Assembly: GCA_035714785.1 (NCBI GenBank)
Contig: DASTLQ010000008.1
Coordinates: 1,713 to 65,712, forward strand
Reading direction: 5' to 3'
Length of the DNA stretch: 64,000 nucleotides
DNA from: Minisyncoccota bacterium
GTDB lineage: Bacteria > Patescibacteriota > Minisyncoccia > Phycocordibacterales > UBA9973
Shown here: positions 38,167 to 48,947 of the stretch, in pieces
Layout of the letters: each line of letters opens with the position of its first letter
Numbering within the stretch: the first letter of the stretch is position 1
The notes under the pieces: model-generated
Databases searched by the model: none
Seen by the model: the letters and a program-made list of their open reading frames with translations, nothing else
Told to the model about the DNA's origin: nothing
Program-made: the position numbers and the translations under genes

Positions 38167-38400
38167 TTATCCGACTATTTTAAAGCTTTTGTCTTTGGAA
38201 ATTGGTCTGATTGACTCTATCTCTACCTGGTCGCCAGTCTTTGCCTTATTTTCTGGATCGTGCGCCTTGTATTTCTTGTTGATCTTGTAGTATTTTCCGT
38301 ATTTAGGATGCTTCACGAATCGAGAAACAGAAACCACTACGGTCTTGTCCATCTTGTCCGATACTACTACTCCTTTTAAAATTTGTTTTGCTGTTGTCAT
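38167..38400 (-). CDS. rpsQ: 30S ribosomal protein S17
   Basis: The 77-aa ORF matches S17 along its full length. Confidence 0.85.
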   Translation of the reverse strand: MTTAKQILKGVVVSDKMDKTVVVSVSRFVKHPKYGKYYKINKKYKAHDPENKAKTGDQVEIESIRPISKDKSFKIVG

Positions 38401-38401
38401 A

Positions 38402-38605
38402 TTATTTTTCTTTTCTTAACGGGCTATTTAACTCTGTCATTATTCGAGCAATTTCTTTTCGTAGAGTCATACCTTCTTTGACGTTTTTTGACTTGGATCC
38501 TTCTGCCTTGAATTTTATTACTCTCCCCTTTTCTTCAAGTTCGTGCAGTTTCTTTCGAAGGTCCTCCACTTTTACTTCTTTTAAGCTGTTCTTTTTGTCT
38601 TTCAT
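38402..38605 (-). CDS. rpmC: 50S ribosomal protein L29
   Basis: A 67-aa helical protein between rplP and rpsQ. Confidence 0.75.
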   Translation of the reverse strand: MKDKKNSLKEVKVEDLRKKLHELEEKGRVIKFKAEGSKSKNVKEGMTLRKEIARIMTELNSPLRKEK

Positions 38606-38606
38606 A

Positions 38607-39026
38607 TTATGCTCTTGAAATTATTCTTGTTTTAACTGGAAGCTTGGTTCCTGCTTTTCGTAGAGCTTCACGGGCAGTCTTTTCATCTACTCCGTCCACT
38701 TCAAAAAGAATACGTCCTGGCATTACCTGCATGCAGTATCCTTGTGGATCTCCTTTTCCCTTTCCCATTCCTACCTCTGCTGCTTTTGCAGTATATGGTC
38801 GATCTGGAAAAACACGAATCCAATATTTTCCGGTCTTGGTCAGGGTTCGAGCTACCACCTTTCGAGCAGATTCAAGCTGGTTGGACTTTACTCGGGCTGC
38901 TGTCTCTGCCTTTAGACCAAATGAGCCAAAGGAAAGACTAATACCGCGAGTATCCGCTGTAATCTTTTTTGGGTTTGTTCTCTGTGTCTGCCACTTTCTG
39001 AATTTTACTTTTTTTGGTATCAACAT
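38607..39026 (-). CDS. rplP: 50S ribosomal protein L16
   Basis: MLIPKKVKFRK. Confidence 0.9.
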   Translation of the reverse strand: MLIPKKVKFRKWQTQRTNPKKITADTRGISLSFGSFGLKAETAARVKSNQLESARKVVARTLTKTGKYWIRVFPDRPYTAKAAEVGMGKGKGDPQGYCMQVMPGRILFEVDGVDEKTAREALRKAGTKLPVKTRIISRA

Positions 39027-39043
39027 GGTAGTAAATTAAATTG

Positions 39044-39712
39044 TTATGCGCTCTTCTTTTCGTTAAAAATCTTTCCTCGGTAAATCCATACTTTTATTCC
39101 GATGGTACCGTATGGCAAGACTGCTCTTTCTCTCTTGAAATCAATGTCCGCGCGGAAAGTCTGAAGCGGAATGGATCCGCGCTTAAGTTCTTCCGTACGA
39201 GCGATTTCTGCTCCTCCCAATCTTCCACCAAGTACTATTCTTGCTCCTTCTACTCCCTGAGTAGCCATCACTTTTTCAATGATTTGCTTCATCACTCGGC
39301 GATATGGCATACGCTTTTCAAGTCCTTCGGCAATCATATATGCCACGATGGATGCATCTGCTTCAGGGTTTCCGATTTCTACGATTTCAAGCTTAAAGTC
39401 TTCGATCTTTGGAAGTTTCAATCTTGCCATCTGCTTTACCATATCAGCCTTAAGCTTGGTTGCTCCTTCTCCGTTTCGTCCGATGATAAGTCCTGGTCGT
39501 GATGTTTTCAAAATAAAGCGGGTAGCTTTTGGGCTTCGCTCGATTTCAATAGAAGAAACGTACATTCCACGCAATCTTTTTTCTAAATATTCTCGCAAAA
39601 GCACATCGCCTTTTAGGTATTCTTTGTATTTATGACCATCAGCAAACCAATGAGATTTCCAGTCTCTTAGGATTGTCAGTCTATGTGCGTATGGATGTAC
39701 TATTTTACTCAT
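39044..39712 (-). CDS. rpsC: 30S ribosomal protein S3
   Basis: KH domain plus the S3 C-terminal domain. Confidence 0.9.
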   Translation of the reverse strand: MSKIVHPYAHRLTILRDWKSHWFADGHKYKEYLKGDVLLREYLEKRLRGMYVSSIEIERSPKATRFILKTSRPGLIIGRNGEGATKLKADMVKQMARLKLPKIEDFKLEIVEIGNPEADASIVAYMIAEGLEKRMPYRRVMKQIIEKVMATQGVEGARIVLGGRLGGAEIARTEELKRGSIPLQTFRADIDFKRERAVLPYGTIGIKVWIYRGKIFNEKKSA

Positions 39713-39713
39713 A

Positions 39714-40130
39714 TTATTTTGCGGTTGTTTTCTTAGCTGGCTTTTTTTCTTTTACTATCTTTACTTCTTTTATCTTTTTTGCAGGTTTTGAAACAGTGGC
39801 AGTGGTGGTCTTGTCTCCTAATACCAAGGTTACATGGCTAGTTCTCTTGTTGATACGAGCGCCTCGTCCCATTGCTCTTGGCATCATTCTCTTCATTACG
39901 ATTCCTTTGTCAACTCGGATTTCTTTTACAAAAAGGTTGGATTTTTCAGCTCCTGTATATAGGGCATTTGAAACTGCTCCAGCAATAAGCTTCTTGATCG
40001 GAAGGGATGCTCTCTTTGGAAGGCTATCCAATATAACCAAAGCGCTTTCGGTCTTCTTTCCACGTACTAGGTCAGCCACAAGGCGAACCTTTCGAGGAGA
40101 CTGTCTGTAATTTTTTAAAAATGCCTTCAT
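39714..40130 (-). CDS. rplV: 50S ribosomal protein L22
   Basis: Full-length match to L22. Confidence 0.85.
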   Translation of the reverse strand: MKAFLKNYRQSPRKVRLVADLVRGKKTESALVILDSLPKRASLPIKKLIAGAVSNALYTGAEKSNLFVKEIRVDKGIVMKRMMPRAMGRGARINKRTSHVTLVLGDKTTTATVSKPAKKIKEVKIVKEKKPAKKTTAK

Positions 40131-40144
40131 GTTGTTGTTAAAAA

Positions 40145-40489
40145 TTATTTCTTCTTGGTGTCGGTAACAGCGGTAGCAGTTTTTGCCTGAGCTATTTCAG
40201 CTTCCTTTTTCTTCTGCTCCATTTCCTTTTGCATCTTTCCTCCATGTTTCGTAAATTTGCGAGTAGGTGAAAATTCTCCTAGTCGGTGCCCTACCATGTC
40301 TTCGGTCACGATCACTTCGACATGCATTTTGCCGTTGTGTACTCCAAAAGTAAAGCCCACCATTTCAGGTGAAATCTGACTTGCTCTTTTCCATGTCTTG
40401 ATGAGAGGAGTGCTCCTAGGATTTTTGCCTTCTATCTTTTTTAGAAGCTTCTCATCCACATATATTCCCTTTTTGATTGATCGTGTCAT
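40145..40489 (-). CDS. rpsS: 30S ribosomal protein S19
   Basis: ..[25 protein letters not shown].. Confidence 0.9.
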   Translation of the reverse strand: MTRSIKKGIYVDEKLLKKIEGKNPRSTPLIKTWKRASQISPEMVGFTFGVHNGKMHVEVIVTEDMVGHRLGEFSPTRKFTKHGGKMQKEMEQKKKEAEIAQAKTATAVTDTKKK

Positions 40490-40574
40490 TTGATTACATA
40501 CAAAAACAAGCTCGATTCCGAGCTTGTTTCATAATAGCAAAATATTAAATAAAGTCAAACTCGTCCTTGTATTA

Positions 40575-41423
40575 TTAGCCCTGCTTCTTTCCCTTGCCTA
40601 CTTTCCTTCGAGAAACAATGAAGATATCGGAGTACTTCTTTGGGTGTCGGGTCTTTCGTCCTCCGGTGACCTTTCCCCATAGTGTTTTCGGTCGCTTGGT
40701 ACCTCTTCCCTGTCTTCCTTCTCCTCCTCCGTATGGGTGATCCACTGGGTTCATGGCTGTTCCTCGTACCGTTGGTCGGATTCCTTTCCATCGGGACCTA
40801 CCGGCCTTACCGTAATTTTCCAAGTGATGTTCTTCGTTGGAAACTGTTCCGATACATGCAAAGCTCTCTTCATTTACTTTTCTAACTTCAGAAGAAGGCA
40901 TCTTTATATTTGTATATCCTTCCGCGTTTGCCACCACCTGAGCAAAAACTCCTGCTCCTCGGGCAATCTTTGATCCACCTCCTGGTTTTAGTTCAATATT
41001 GTATACAAATGTTCCAACTGGAATATTTTTTAGTGGAAGTCGGTTTCCTGGAGCAAGCTCTGCCTTTTCAGAAACCAAAAATGTATCTCCGGGCTTTACG
41101 GACTTTGGCAAGATTACATATCTTTTTTCTCCATCTTTATAAAATGCCAATCCTATGAAAGCAGATCTGTTTGGATCGTACTCTACGCTTTTGATAGTAG
41201 CTGGAATATCTTTCTTGTTATATGAAAAATCAATATCTCGATAAAGACGCTTGTGTCCTGCTCCCTTGTGACGCATAGTGATTCTTCCCTGACTATTTCG
41301 TCCGACGGATCGGCGAAAACCATGGGTCAAAGACTTTTCTGGGGTTGTCTTGGTAAGCACTCCACGATAAGTAACGTTGGTCGCCTGCCTTCGGGATTTT
41401 GTTGTTGGTTTATATTTTTTCAT
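40575..41423 (-). CDS. rplB: 50S ribosomal protein L2
   Basis: 282-aa ORF; ..MNPVDHPYGGGEGR.. Confidence 0.9.
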   Translation of the reverse strand: MKKYKPTTKSRRQATNVTYRGVLTKTTPEKSLTHGFRRSVGRNSQGRITMRHKGAGHKRLYRDIDFSYNKKDIPATIKSVEYDPNRSAFIGLAFYKDGEKRYVILPKSVKPGDTFLVSEKAELAPGNRLPLKNIPVGTFVYNIELKPGGGSKIARGAGVFAQVVANAEGYTNIKMPSSEVRKVNEESFACIGTVSNEEHHLENYGKAGRSRWKGIRPTVRGTAMNPVDHPYGGGEGRQGRGTKRPKTLWGKVTGGRKTRHPKKYSDIFIVSRRKVGKGKKQG

Positions 41424-41432
41424 CGCGATATA

Positions 41433-41711
41433 TTATATAAATTCTATCTTGTCACCATCTTTCAGGTAGACCACAGCCTTTCTTCCACCTCCTTTCATTC
41501 CCTTTTTTCCTTTAGTAAACACTTGCTTTCGAGGAACACCAAGGATATTTACTCGAATTGCCTTCACCTTGTAAAGCTCAAAAATTGCTTTCTTTATTTC
41601 TGTCTTGTTTGCATTTTCTGTCACATCAAAGACATAAGCATTTTTTTCATAGCTCTCTGATGCCTTTTCGGTAATTCTTGGATTTTTAATTATTTTTGTA
41701 ACGGATATCAT
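41433..41711 (-). CDS. rplW: 50S ribosomal protein L23
   Basis: 92-aa ORF in the expected position. Confidence 0.85.
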   Translation of the reverse strand: MISVTKIIKNPRITEKASESYEKNAYVFDVTENANKTEIKKAIFELYKVKAIRVNILGVPRKQVFTKGKKGMKGGGRKAVVYLKDGDKIEFI

Positions 41712-41715
41712 AAAA

Positions 41716-42375
41716 TTATTTTGCTCGGGCCTCTAAGAATTTCACACTTTCGGCAGGATTTTCTATCACCAAATACTGATAATTTAGGGCCTCCAAGGGG
41801 TTCAGATTTTTCAATAGCGAAACCTGCAATTGAGCCAAATTTCGGTATCCTTTTCGGGACTTACTGTTTTCATAGAAAGCAACCAATGCCTTCTTTTTCT
41901 TTGAAGAACCCACTGCTGCAACCCCTGAAACTTTGGAAATGTTTGCCATGACTTCTGCTGCATCCTTTGTCTTTCCGGTTTCTAAATTTAAGGAATCCAC
42001 AAAGATGATTTCTCCATCTTTTAACTTTCGAGAAAGGACTGAGAATAGAGCTTCTGCTCTCATTTTTGTTGAGATCTTTCTCTTGTAGTTTTTGTCTTTA
42101 AGTGGACCATGAGTCACACCTCCTCCAACCCAGATTGGGCTTCGAGAAGATCCGTGTCGGGCTCGTCCAGTTCCTTTTTGTTTCCAAGGCTTCTTTCCTC
42201 CTCCGCGTACTTCTCCGCGATCTTTAGCGTGAGCAGTACCAGATCGGCCGTTGCTTCGCATGCCTTCTACTACTTGGTGAACCAAGTCAGAGCGCCATTT
42301 TGCTCCGAAAACTTTTTCGGGTAGTGCTACTGTGCCGGCTTCTTTTCCTTTTGTGTTGTAAATTTTTGCTTCCAT
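41716..42375 (-). CDS. rplD: 50S ribosomal protein L4
   Basis: 219-aa ORF in the expected position. Confidence 0.85.
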   Translation of the reverse strand: MEAKIYNTKGKEAGTVALPEKVFGAKWRSDLVHQVVEGMRSNGRSGTAHAKDRGEVRGGGKKPWKQKGTGRARHGSSRSPIWVGGGVTHGPLKDKNYKRKISTKMRAEALFSVLSRKLKDGEIIFVDSLNLETGKTKDAAEVMANISKVSGVAAVGSSKKKKALVAFYENSKSRKGYRNLAQLQVSLLKNLNPLEALNYQYLVIENPAESVKFLEARAK

Positions 42376-42383
42376 GTGTGTAT

Positions 42384-42998
42384 TTAATCAGCTCTAATTT
42401 CTACCAAGCTTCCGCGTACTCCCGGTACTGCTCCTTTTACGAGCATGGTGTTGGTATCTTTATCGATAAAGACTATCTCAAGATTCTTTTGGGTGATTCT
42501 GTCGCTTCCCATTCGGCCCGCCATTCTCATTCCTTTTGGAACGTGTGTACGTAGACCTCCTCCGATAGAACCGGCCTCTCTTTCAGAGTGCTTCTGTCCG
42601 TGGGTGCGAGGTCCTCCCCCGAATCCATGACGCTTCACTACTCCTTGGAAACCTTTACCTTTGGATGTTCCGGAAACCCATACTTTGTCTCCTGCTTTAA
42701 ACATTCCGTCCACTGTAAACTGATCTCCTACTTTAAAATCTGGGGCGCTATCTAGACGGTATTCTTTCAGGTAACGGAAATTTCCTAAATCTTTCAAGTG
42801 ACCCTTTTGTGCTTTGGATAGATTTTTTGCACCCTTTTCTCCATATCCAACCTGCACTGCAGTGTATCCATCTGTTTCCTTAGTCTTTAGCTGAGTCACA
42901 ACAGTAGGACCAGCAGTGATGATGGTCACTGGAAATACCTTTCCGTCTTCGGAAAAATACTGGGTCATATTCTCTTTTTTGCCAAGAATGAATTTCAT
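42384..42998 (-). CDS. rplC: 50S ribosomal protein L3
   Basis: 204-aa ORF. Confidence 0.9.
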   Translation of the reverse strand: MKFILGKKENMTQYFSEDGKVFPVTIITAGPTVVTQLKTKETDGYTAVQVGYGEKGAKNLSKAQKGHLKDLGNFRYLKEYRLDSAPDFKVGDQFTVDGMFKAGDKVWVSGTSKGKGFQGVVKRHGFGGGPRTHGQKHSEREAGSIGGGLRTHVPKGMRMAGRMGSDRITQKNLEIVFIDKDTNTMLVKGAVPGVRGSLVEIRAD

Positions 42999-43012
42999 GA
43001 TTTTATCTTCAA

Positions 43013-43381
43013 TTACAGCATCTTTACGTCGATATCCACTCCAGATGGCAATGACATATTTGTCAGAGATTCTACCGTGCTGGCATTCGGATTAATGATG
43101 TCGATCAGACGCTTGTGTACTCGTATTTCAAACTGTTCTCGTGAATTTTTATACACAAAAGAAGCTCGATTGACGGTATACTTTTTTATTTCCGTTGGCA
43201 GTGGCACCGGCCCTACGATTTCTGCATCATAGCGCATAGCGGTGTCGATGATTTGTTTTACTGAAGCATCCAGGATCTTGCTCTCGTATGCTCGAACTCG
43301 GATTCGCAGTATCACCTTTCCTTCCTCTTTTTTTACAACCTTCTTGGAAGGAGCTTTCGGATTTTTTGCTTTTGTAGCCAT
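43013..43381 (-). CDS. rpsJ: 30S ribosomal protein S10
   Basis: 122-aa ORF with an N-terminal extension. Confidence 0.9.
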   Translation of the reverse strand: MATKAKNPKAPSKKVVKKEEGKVILRIRVRAYESKILDASVKQIIDTAMRYDAEIVGPVPLPTEIKKYTVNRASFVYKNSREQFEIRVHKRLIDIINPNASTVESLTNMSLPSGVDIDVKML

Positions 43382-43401
43382 TTGTGTTTTTTATTCCCCA
43401 A

Positions 43402-44595
43402 TTAACCCAATATTTTTGTAACCACTCCTGCACCCACAGTCTTACCTCCTTCACGGATAGCAAATTTCTGTTGTTCTTCAAGAGCGATAGGTGTAACCAA
43501 TTTTACAGTGATGCTCACAGTATCTCCTGGCATAACCATTTCGGTTCCTTCTGCCAAAGTAACATCTCCAGTCACGTCAGTAGTTCGGATGTAGAACTGA
43601 GGCTTGTAACCTTTAAAGAATGGAGTGTGACGTCCACCTTCTTCCTTTTTCAAAACGTAAATTTCAGCTGTGAAATTGTCGTGTGGAGTAACAGTTCCTG
43701 GCTTTACCAAAACCTGTCCACGAGTGATGTCTTCTTTCTTAAGACCTCGCAATAGGACTCCGGCGTTGTCTCCAGCCATACCTTCCTGAAGATTTTTGTT
43801 GAACATTTCGATACCAGTAACAGTAGTCTTTTGATTTGCTTTAATACCAACGATTTCGATTTCTTCACCAACCTTTACGATTCCTCTTTCAATCTTTCCT
43901 GTAACAACAGTTCCTCGTCCTTCGATTGAAAAGATGTCTTCTACTGGCATTAGGAATGGCTTGGTAACATCTCTTTCTGGAACTGGGATGTAAGTATCAA
44001 GTGCGTCTGTAAGTTCCAATACTTTCTTTGACCATTCATCATTTACATCTTGAGATTCAAGAGCCTTAAGAGCGGAACCTCGGATAACTGGAGCATTTGC
44101 GCCGTCAAAGCCTTGTTTTGTAAGGAGTTCACGGATTTCTTCTTCAACCATGTCTAGCATATCCTTGTCATCCACCATGTCGCATTTGTTCATGAAAACG
44201 ATGATTCGAGGCACTCCAACTTGGCGAGCCAAGAGAACGTGTTCACGAGTCTGTGGCATAGCACCGTCAGTTGCAGCAACCACCAAAATAGCACCGTCCA
44301 TTTGAGCGGCACCGGTGATCATGTTTTTAATATAGTCGGCGTGTCCCGGAGCATCGATGTGCGCGTAGTGACGTGCATCGGTAGCGTACTCGTTGTGGGA
44401 GATGTTAATGGTGATTCCACGGGCCTTTTCTTCTGGAGCGTTGTCGATCTGACTAACGTCCTTTAGGCGCACAGTCTTTCCTGCCATCTGGAGCACATGA
44501 AGGATAGCAGCAGTAAGGGTAGTCTTTCCATGGTCAACGTGACCGATGGTACCTACGTTTACGTGCGGCTTGTCTCTTTTAAATTCTTCTGCCAT
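43402..44595 (-). CDS. tuf: Elongation factor Tu
   Basis: [22 protein letters not shown]. Confidence 0.95.
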   Translation of the reverse strand: MAEEFKRDKPHVNVGTIGHVDHGKTTLTAAILHVLQMAGKTVRLKDVSQIDNAPEEKARGITINISHNEYATDARHYAHIDAPGHADYIKNMITGAAQMDGAILVVAATDGAMPQTREHVLLARQVGVPRIIVFMNKCDMVDDKDMLDMVEEEIRELLTKQGFDGANAPVIRGSALKALESQDVNDEWSKKVLELTDALDTYIPVPERDVTKPFLMPVEDIFSIEGRGTVVTGKIERGIVKVGEEIEIVGIKANQKTTVTGIEMFNKNLQEGMAGDNAGVLLRGLKKEDITRGQVLVKPGTVTPHDNFTAEIYVLKKEEGGRHTPFFKGYKPQFYIRTTDVTGDVTLAEGTEMVMPGDTVSITVKLVTPIALEEQQKFAIREGGKTVGAGVVTKILG

Positions 44596-44800
44596 ATGAT
44601 TTTTTTGGCTAATAGCTCTAACTTAACGTACGAGAACCAGTCGCTAAGGCGGAGTTACTAACGCTTAATTAAACTAATAATTTATAATTAAAATCTACTT
44701 ATTTTGTCATTTATTGCCTCTTTTTTTAAAATTAGCAACAAAAAAACCGCGAAAGTGCAGTTGCATCTATATTAACAGATTGCAAATTATTGTCAACATG

Positions 44801-44861
44801 GGTGTAAGGGGTCCCCTTGCATGTTATCCACAGGTTTAGGTGTAAGGGGTCCCCTTACACC
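44801..44861. repeat. REP-like repeat cluster R11 (2 core units plus DnaA-box 9-mer) upstream of tuf
   Basis: GGTGTAAGGGGTCCCCTTGCATGTTATCCACAGGTTTAGGTGTAAGGGGTCCCCTTACACC. Confidence 0.85.
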
Positions 44862-44888
44862 TAAGTTTGCGTGCATTTTAAATCTAAC

Positions 44889-45215
44889 CTATTGCTGGTT
44901 ATTTTCTTCTGAGACTTTCAGGAGAACTCTGGCTAATCTTTCGCTATCTACTTCTTTACCACCATATTGATCATTTTTATAGAGTTCTTCATTCAAGAAA
45001 TTCTTCTGTATTTTTTTAAAAGTATTCAGGAAGCCTAAATTCTCTATACGCTTCATAACTTCAGCATAAGGTAATTCTGACATGCGGTAGCCGGACAAAT
45101 TGTCACTATTTAATGTTGAATCAAGAAAAAGGGGACCTATTTTTCTAAATATTTTTAATTCTTCTGGTGAATACATGACATCTTCCCCCTGATTGAAATT
45201 TGGTTTATTTTCCAT
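44889..45215 (-). CDS. Hypothetical protein (inserted between fusA and tuf)
   Basis: 108-aa ORF with no recognisable motifs. Confidence 0.4.
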   Translation of the reverse strand: MENKPNFNQGEDVMYSPEELKIFRKIGPLFLDSTLNSDNLSGYRMSELPYAEVMKRIENLGFLNTFKKIQKNFLNEELYKNDQYGGKEVDSERLARVLLKVSEENNQQ

Positions 45216-45234
45216 TTGTTTTTATATTTAAATC

Positions 45235-45753
45235 TTATAATCCGCTGTTTTTAGACTGACGAGCTCGTTCAACTAATTCGTCTCTCATTTTCTCAGCATC
45301 TACTGCTGAAAGTCCTTTTAGTCTACCTTCCGACCCCATTCCTCTCATCCCGCGTCCGCCCATCATCCCCCCTCCTGCTGTCTGAATTTGTAAATCCGAA
45401 AGCCCTAGGAGGCGATCGATTATTCCCCTGTAAATATCCACGTTTTGAATTCGGTCATACGGAATGGTCACGTATTTTTTATAAATGACTCCCGATTCTT
45501 TCTTAAAACCATTTTCTGCTAGTTCATATCGATAATACTTATATGTAAGTCTTGCCCAAACATAGGAGACACCCACGACAAATAAGATATAAATGATTAA
45601 CGCTACTGTTAATGGTCCCCATGATACCTGTTGAGGTTCTTCAGTAATCCAAAAAGAAGATAAAATAGCGCCCAGAATCCAAATAATAAAAATAAATCTA
45701 GGAATAAATGCTAAGACGAACAGCCATAATGCTTTTGGGTCAAGATGTTTCAT
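45235..45753 (-). CDS. Bacterial PH-domain (bPH_2/YdbS-like) membrane protein
   Basis: Two N-terminal TM helices and a C-terminal domain (..YDRIQNVDIYRGIIDRLLGLSDLQIQTAGG..). The start is trimmed to MKHLDPK, because the 5' extension reads through repeat R12. Confidence 0.5.
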   Translation of the reverse strand: MKHLDPKALWLFVLAFIPRFIFIIWILGAILSSFWITEEPQQVSWGPLTVALIIYILFVVGVSYVWARLTYKYYRYELAENGFKKESGVIYKKYVTIPYDRIQNVDIYRGIIDRLLGLSDLQIQTAGGGMMGGRGMRGMGSEGRLKGLSAVDAEKMRDELVERARQSKNSGL

Positions 45754-45770
45754 AATTTGATTATACTCCA

Positions 45771-45820
45771 CCTGTGGATAACATGTAAGGGGTCCCCTTG
45801 CATGTTCCCCTTGCATGTTA
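45771..45820. repeat. REP-like repeat R12 (1.5 core units plus DnaA-box 9-mer) abutting the fusA stop
   Basis: CCTGTGGATAACATGTAAGGGGTCCCCTTGCATGTTCCCCTTGCATGTTA. Confidence 0.8.
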
Positions 45821-47968
45821 CTTGCGGGTGGCGATGATAGTTTCGGCTACGTTTTGAGGCACGATGTCGTAGCGAATGAATTCCATAGTGAAAGATGCAC
45901 GACCTTCAGTCATGGATCGTAGGCTGGTCATGTATCCGAACATTTCAGAAAGAGGAACTACGGCATTTACTACTTTGTTCATTCCGCGGTCTTCCATTCC
46001 TTCGATCAATCCTCGTTTTGAAGACAGATTACCTGTCACGTCTCCCATGAATTTATCTGGAGTGACAACTTCTACTTTCATCATAGGTTCCAAGATCACT
46101 GGAGTAGCTCGTCGGCAAGCATCTTGTACAGCCATAGAAGCGGCGATTTTGAAAGCCATTTCGTTTGAGTCCACTTCGTGATAAGAACCGTCCCATAGGT
46201 CTACTGATACGTTTACCATTTTGAATCCTGCCAAGATACCTCGGTCTAGTCCTTCTTTAAATCCTTTTTCACAAGCAGGGATATATTCCTGAGGGATCAC
46301 TCCTCCTTTGATGTTGTTGATGAATTCAAATCCTTCACTTCTCTTTGTATTCTTTGGAAGATCTGACACTTCTTCTTTTGTAAGAGCTTGCATTGGCTTG
46401 ATCTTGATCTTCACATGACCGTAGTTACCGCGACCTCCAGACTGCTTGATGTATTTTCCTTCAGCCTCAGAATTGTTGGTGATAGTTTCTCGATACGCAA
46501 CCTGTGGTTTTCCGACATTTGCTTCAACAGAAAATTCTCGCTTCATGCGGTCAACGATGATTTCTAGGTGAAGCTCTCCCATTCCTGAGATGATAGTCTC
46601 CCCTGCTTCGTTGTCGCTTGAAACTTTAAAGGTAGGATCTTCTTGGGCAAGACGGTTTAGGGCCATTCCCATTTTTTCTTGGTCTGCCTTAGTTTTTGGT
46701 TCGATTCGAAGAGAGATCACTGGTTCAGGGAACACGATCTTATCAAGCTCGATAGGACTATTTTCATCACATAGAGTGTCGGAAGTAATGGTGTCTTTCA
46801 ATCCCACCGCAGCTGCAATTTCTCCAGCAAATACTTTCTTTACTTCTTCTCGGTCGTTTGCATGCATACGTAAGATTCGGCCGATACGTTCTTTGTTTCG
46901 AGTACGAGGATTGTAAACATAAGATCCTGCACTCAGTGTTCCTGAATATACTCGGAAGAAAATAAGCTGTCCGACGAATGGATCAGTAGCCACCTTGAAA
47001 GCAAGAGCGGAAAAAGGTTCGCTATCATCTGCATGTCGAGCAATTTTAACTTCATCGTTTCCAGGATCAGTTCCTTCAATAGCGGGAATATCTAGAGGAG
47101 ATGGAAGATAATCTACCACTCCGTCAAGCACTAACTGAACTCCTTTATTTTTTAGAGCAGTACCTGCATATACTGGGAAAACTTCATTGTTGATTACTCC
47201 TTTTCTCAAAAGCTTCTTTAAAGTTTCTGCATCAGGAATCTTTCCTTCCAAGTATTCACCCATCACTGTATCGTCTTGCTCAACGATTTTTTCGACAAGC
47301 TCATGGTGATACTTTTGGGCTTCTGCTTTTAGTTCTTCTGGAATTTCTTTTTCAACAACCTGACTTCCCATTTCTCCTTCAAAGTAGAATGCCTTCATTT
47401 TCAAAAGGTCCACTACACCTTCGTGCTTTTCTTCCAAGCCGATAGGAATCTGCATGCGAACTGCTTTCTTTGTCAGACGATCCAAAATAGTTGCAAATGA
47501 GCGTTCAAAAGAAGCACCGGTGCGATCAAGTTTATTGATGAAACAAATACGAGGCACTTTTGCTTCGTCGGCATAGCGCCAGTTGGTTTCAGACTGAGGC
47601 TCTACTCCTGCCACTCCGTCGAAAACTACTACAGCTCCGTCGAGTACGCGAAGTGATCGCTTTACTTCTACTGTAAAGTCGATGTGTCCAGGGGTGTCGA
47701 TGATATTAAAACGATGTTTTTTGTTTTTGTCAGCAAGAGCATAGGTTGGAGTCCAGAAACAAGTAACAGCAGCAGAGGTAATAGTAATACCTCTCTCTCT
47801 TTCCTGTTCCATCCAGTCGGTCACAGTCTCCCCTTCATGCACTTCTCCGATCTTATGAGAAACTCCGGTATAAAAAAGCACCCGCTCAGTAGTGGTGGTT
47901 TTTCCTGCGTCGATATGCGCAATAATTCCTATATTCCTTACTTTTTCTAAAGGATAATCTCTTTCCAT
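45818..47968 (-). CDS. fusA: Elongation factor G
   Basis: 716-aa ORF with a GTPase domain ([12 protein letters not shown]) and the EF-G domains II-V. Confidence 0.95.
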   Translation of the reverse strand: MERDYPLEKVRNIGIIAHIDAGKTTTTERVLFYTGVSHKIGEVHEGETVTDWMEQERERGITITSAAVTCFWTPTYALADKNKKHRFNIIDTPGHIDFTVEVKRSLRVLDGAVVVFDGVAGVEPQSETNWRYADEAKVPRICFINKLDRTGASFERSFATILDRLTKKAVRMQIPIGLEEKHEGVVDLLKMKAFYFEGEMGSQVVEKEIPEELKAEAQKYHHELVEKIVEQDDTVMGEYLEGKIPDAETLKKLLRKGVINNEVFPVYAGTALKNKGVQLVLDGVVDYLPSPLDIPAIEGTDPGNDEVKIARHADDSEPFSALAFKVATDPFVGQLIFFRVYSGTLSAGSYVYNPRTRNKERIGRILRMHANDREEVKKVFAGEIAAAVGLKDTITSDTLCDENSPIELDKIVFPEPVISLRIEPKTKADQEKMGMALNRLAQEDPTFKVSSDNEAGETIISGMGELHLEIIVDRMKREFSVEANVGKPQVAYRETITNNSEAEGKYIKQSGGRGNYGHVKIKIKPMQALTKEEVSDLPKNTKRSEGFEFINNIKGGVIPQEYIPACEKGFKEGLDRGILAGFKMVNVSVDLWDGSYHEVDSNEMAFKIAASMAVQDACRRATPVILEPMMKVEVVTPDKFMGDVTGNLSSKRGLIEGMEDRGMNKVVNAVVPLSEMFGYMTSLRSMTEGRASFTMEFIRYDIVPQNVAETIIATRK

Positions 47969-47978
47969 ATTATTTTAA

Positions 47979-48449
47979 TTACCAGCCGAAGTGGGCAAAA
48001 GCCTTGTTTGATTCGGCCATTTTATGAGTATCGTCTTTCTTTTTAATAGCTGCACCTTCATTCTTGGAAGCGGCAATCAATTCATCAGCGAGTTTCTGAT
48101 GCATTGGTTTTCCCTTTCCTCCTCGAGCAGCATCACGAATCCAACGCATTGCTAGCGCTAGTCGTCGCTCTGGTCGAACTTCACGAGGAACCTGATAGTT
48201 TGCTCCTCCGATTCTCTTGGAGCGAACTTCAGTGATGGGACCTGCGTTCTTCATTGCAAGATCAAAAACTTCCAGCGGATTTGGGTTCCCGGTCTTTTCT
48301 TTTATTATTTCAAAGGCATCGTAAACTACGCTTCTAGCGGTTTCCTTTTTTCCAGACCACATGACGTAGTTGATAAACTTCTCCAATTTCTGAGAATTGT
48401 AAATGAAGTCAGGTGGGGTTACTTTTTTGTTTTTTATTGATCGTCGCAT
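47979..48449 (-). CDS. rpsG: 30S ribosomal protein S7
   Basis: 156-aa ORF. Confidence 0.9.
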   Translation of the reverse strand: MRRSIKNKKVTPPDFIYNSQKLEKFINYVMWSGKKETARSVVYDAFEIIKEKTGNPNPLEVFDLAMKNAGPITEVRSKRIGGANYQVPREVRPERRLALAMRWIRDAARGGKGKPMHQKLADELIAASKNEGAAIKKKDDTHKMAESNKAFAHFGW

Positions 48450-48465
48450 GTATTTCTATTCAAAA

Positions 48466-48882
48466 TTATTTTCCTTTCGGCTTCTTGTTTCCATAAAGGG
48501 ATCGGGATTGTCGGCGCTTTTCTACTCCCTGAGTATCCAAAACTCCACGAACGATATGGTATCGAACTCCGATAAGGTCTTTAACACGTCCTCCTCGAAG
48601 CATTACCACGGAGTGTTCCTGTAGATTGTGTCCTTCTCCTGGGATATATGCGGTCACTTCCATGCCATTAGTCAAACGCACTCTCGCAATCTTTCGGAGA
48701 GCTGAGTTTGGTTTCTTTGGAGTAGTGGTGGTGACTTTAGTGCAAACTCCTCTCTTAAATGGAGATGGGTAAAATACTGGCTTGTTTTTTAGGAAGTTGA
48801 ATCCACGTTCAAGAGCCACAGTCTTTGGTTTGCGGCTTACTTTCTTTCTTTTCTTCTTGATTAATTGGTTTACTGTAGGCAT
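48466..48882 (-). CDS. rpsL: 30S ribosomal protein S12
   Basis: [20 protein letters not shown]. Confidence 0.95.
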   Translation of the reverse strand: MPTVNQLIKKKRKKVSRKPKTVALERGFNFLKNKPVFYPSPFKRGVCTKVTTTTPKKPNSALRKIARVRLTNGMEVTAYIPGEGHNLQEHSVVMLRGGRVKDLIGVRYHIVRGVLDTQGVEKRRQSRSLYGNKKPKGK

Positions 48883-48947
48883 TTAAATAAAATAGAGCCC
48901 AAGGACTCTTCCCAAGAATATACTATAAGCCTTTAAAAATTGCAAAT

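Noticed and set aside
34206-44466. Numerous plus-strand ORFs of 60-180 aa across the ribosomal protein cluster (e.g. 34628-35173, 36913-37389, 37367-37852, 39041-39502, 41253-41660, 43384-43755)
   Set aside because: All lie antisense to well-supported ribosomal protein genes. They have no conserved motifs and hydrophobic, low-complexity translations.
44596-44800. Possible tRNA gene upstream of tuf, as in many bacteria
   Set aside because: No cloverleaf with a T-loop (GTTCRA) and paired acceptor stem could be built on either strand. The region instead holds a promoter-like TTGACA-N16-TAATAT for tuf.
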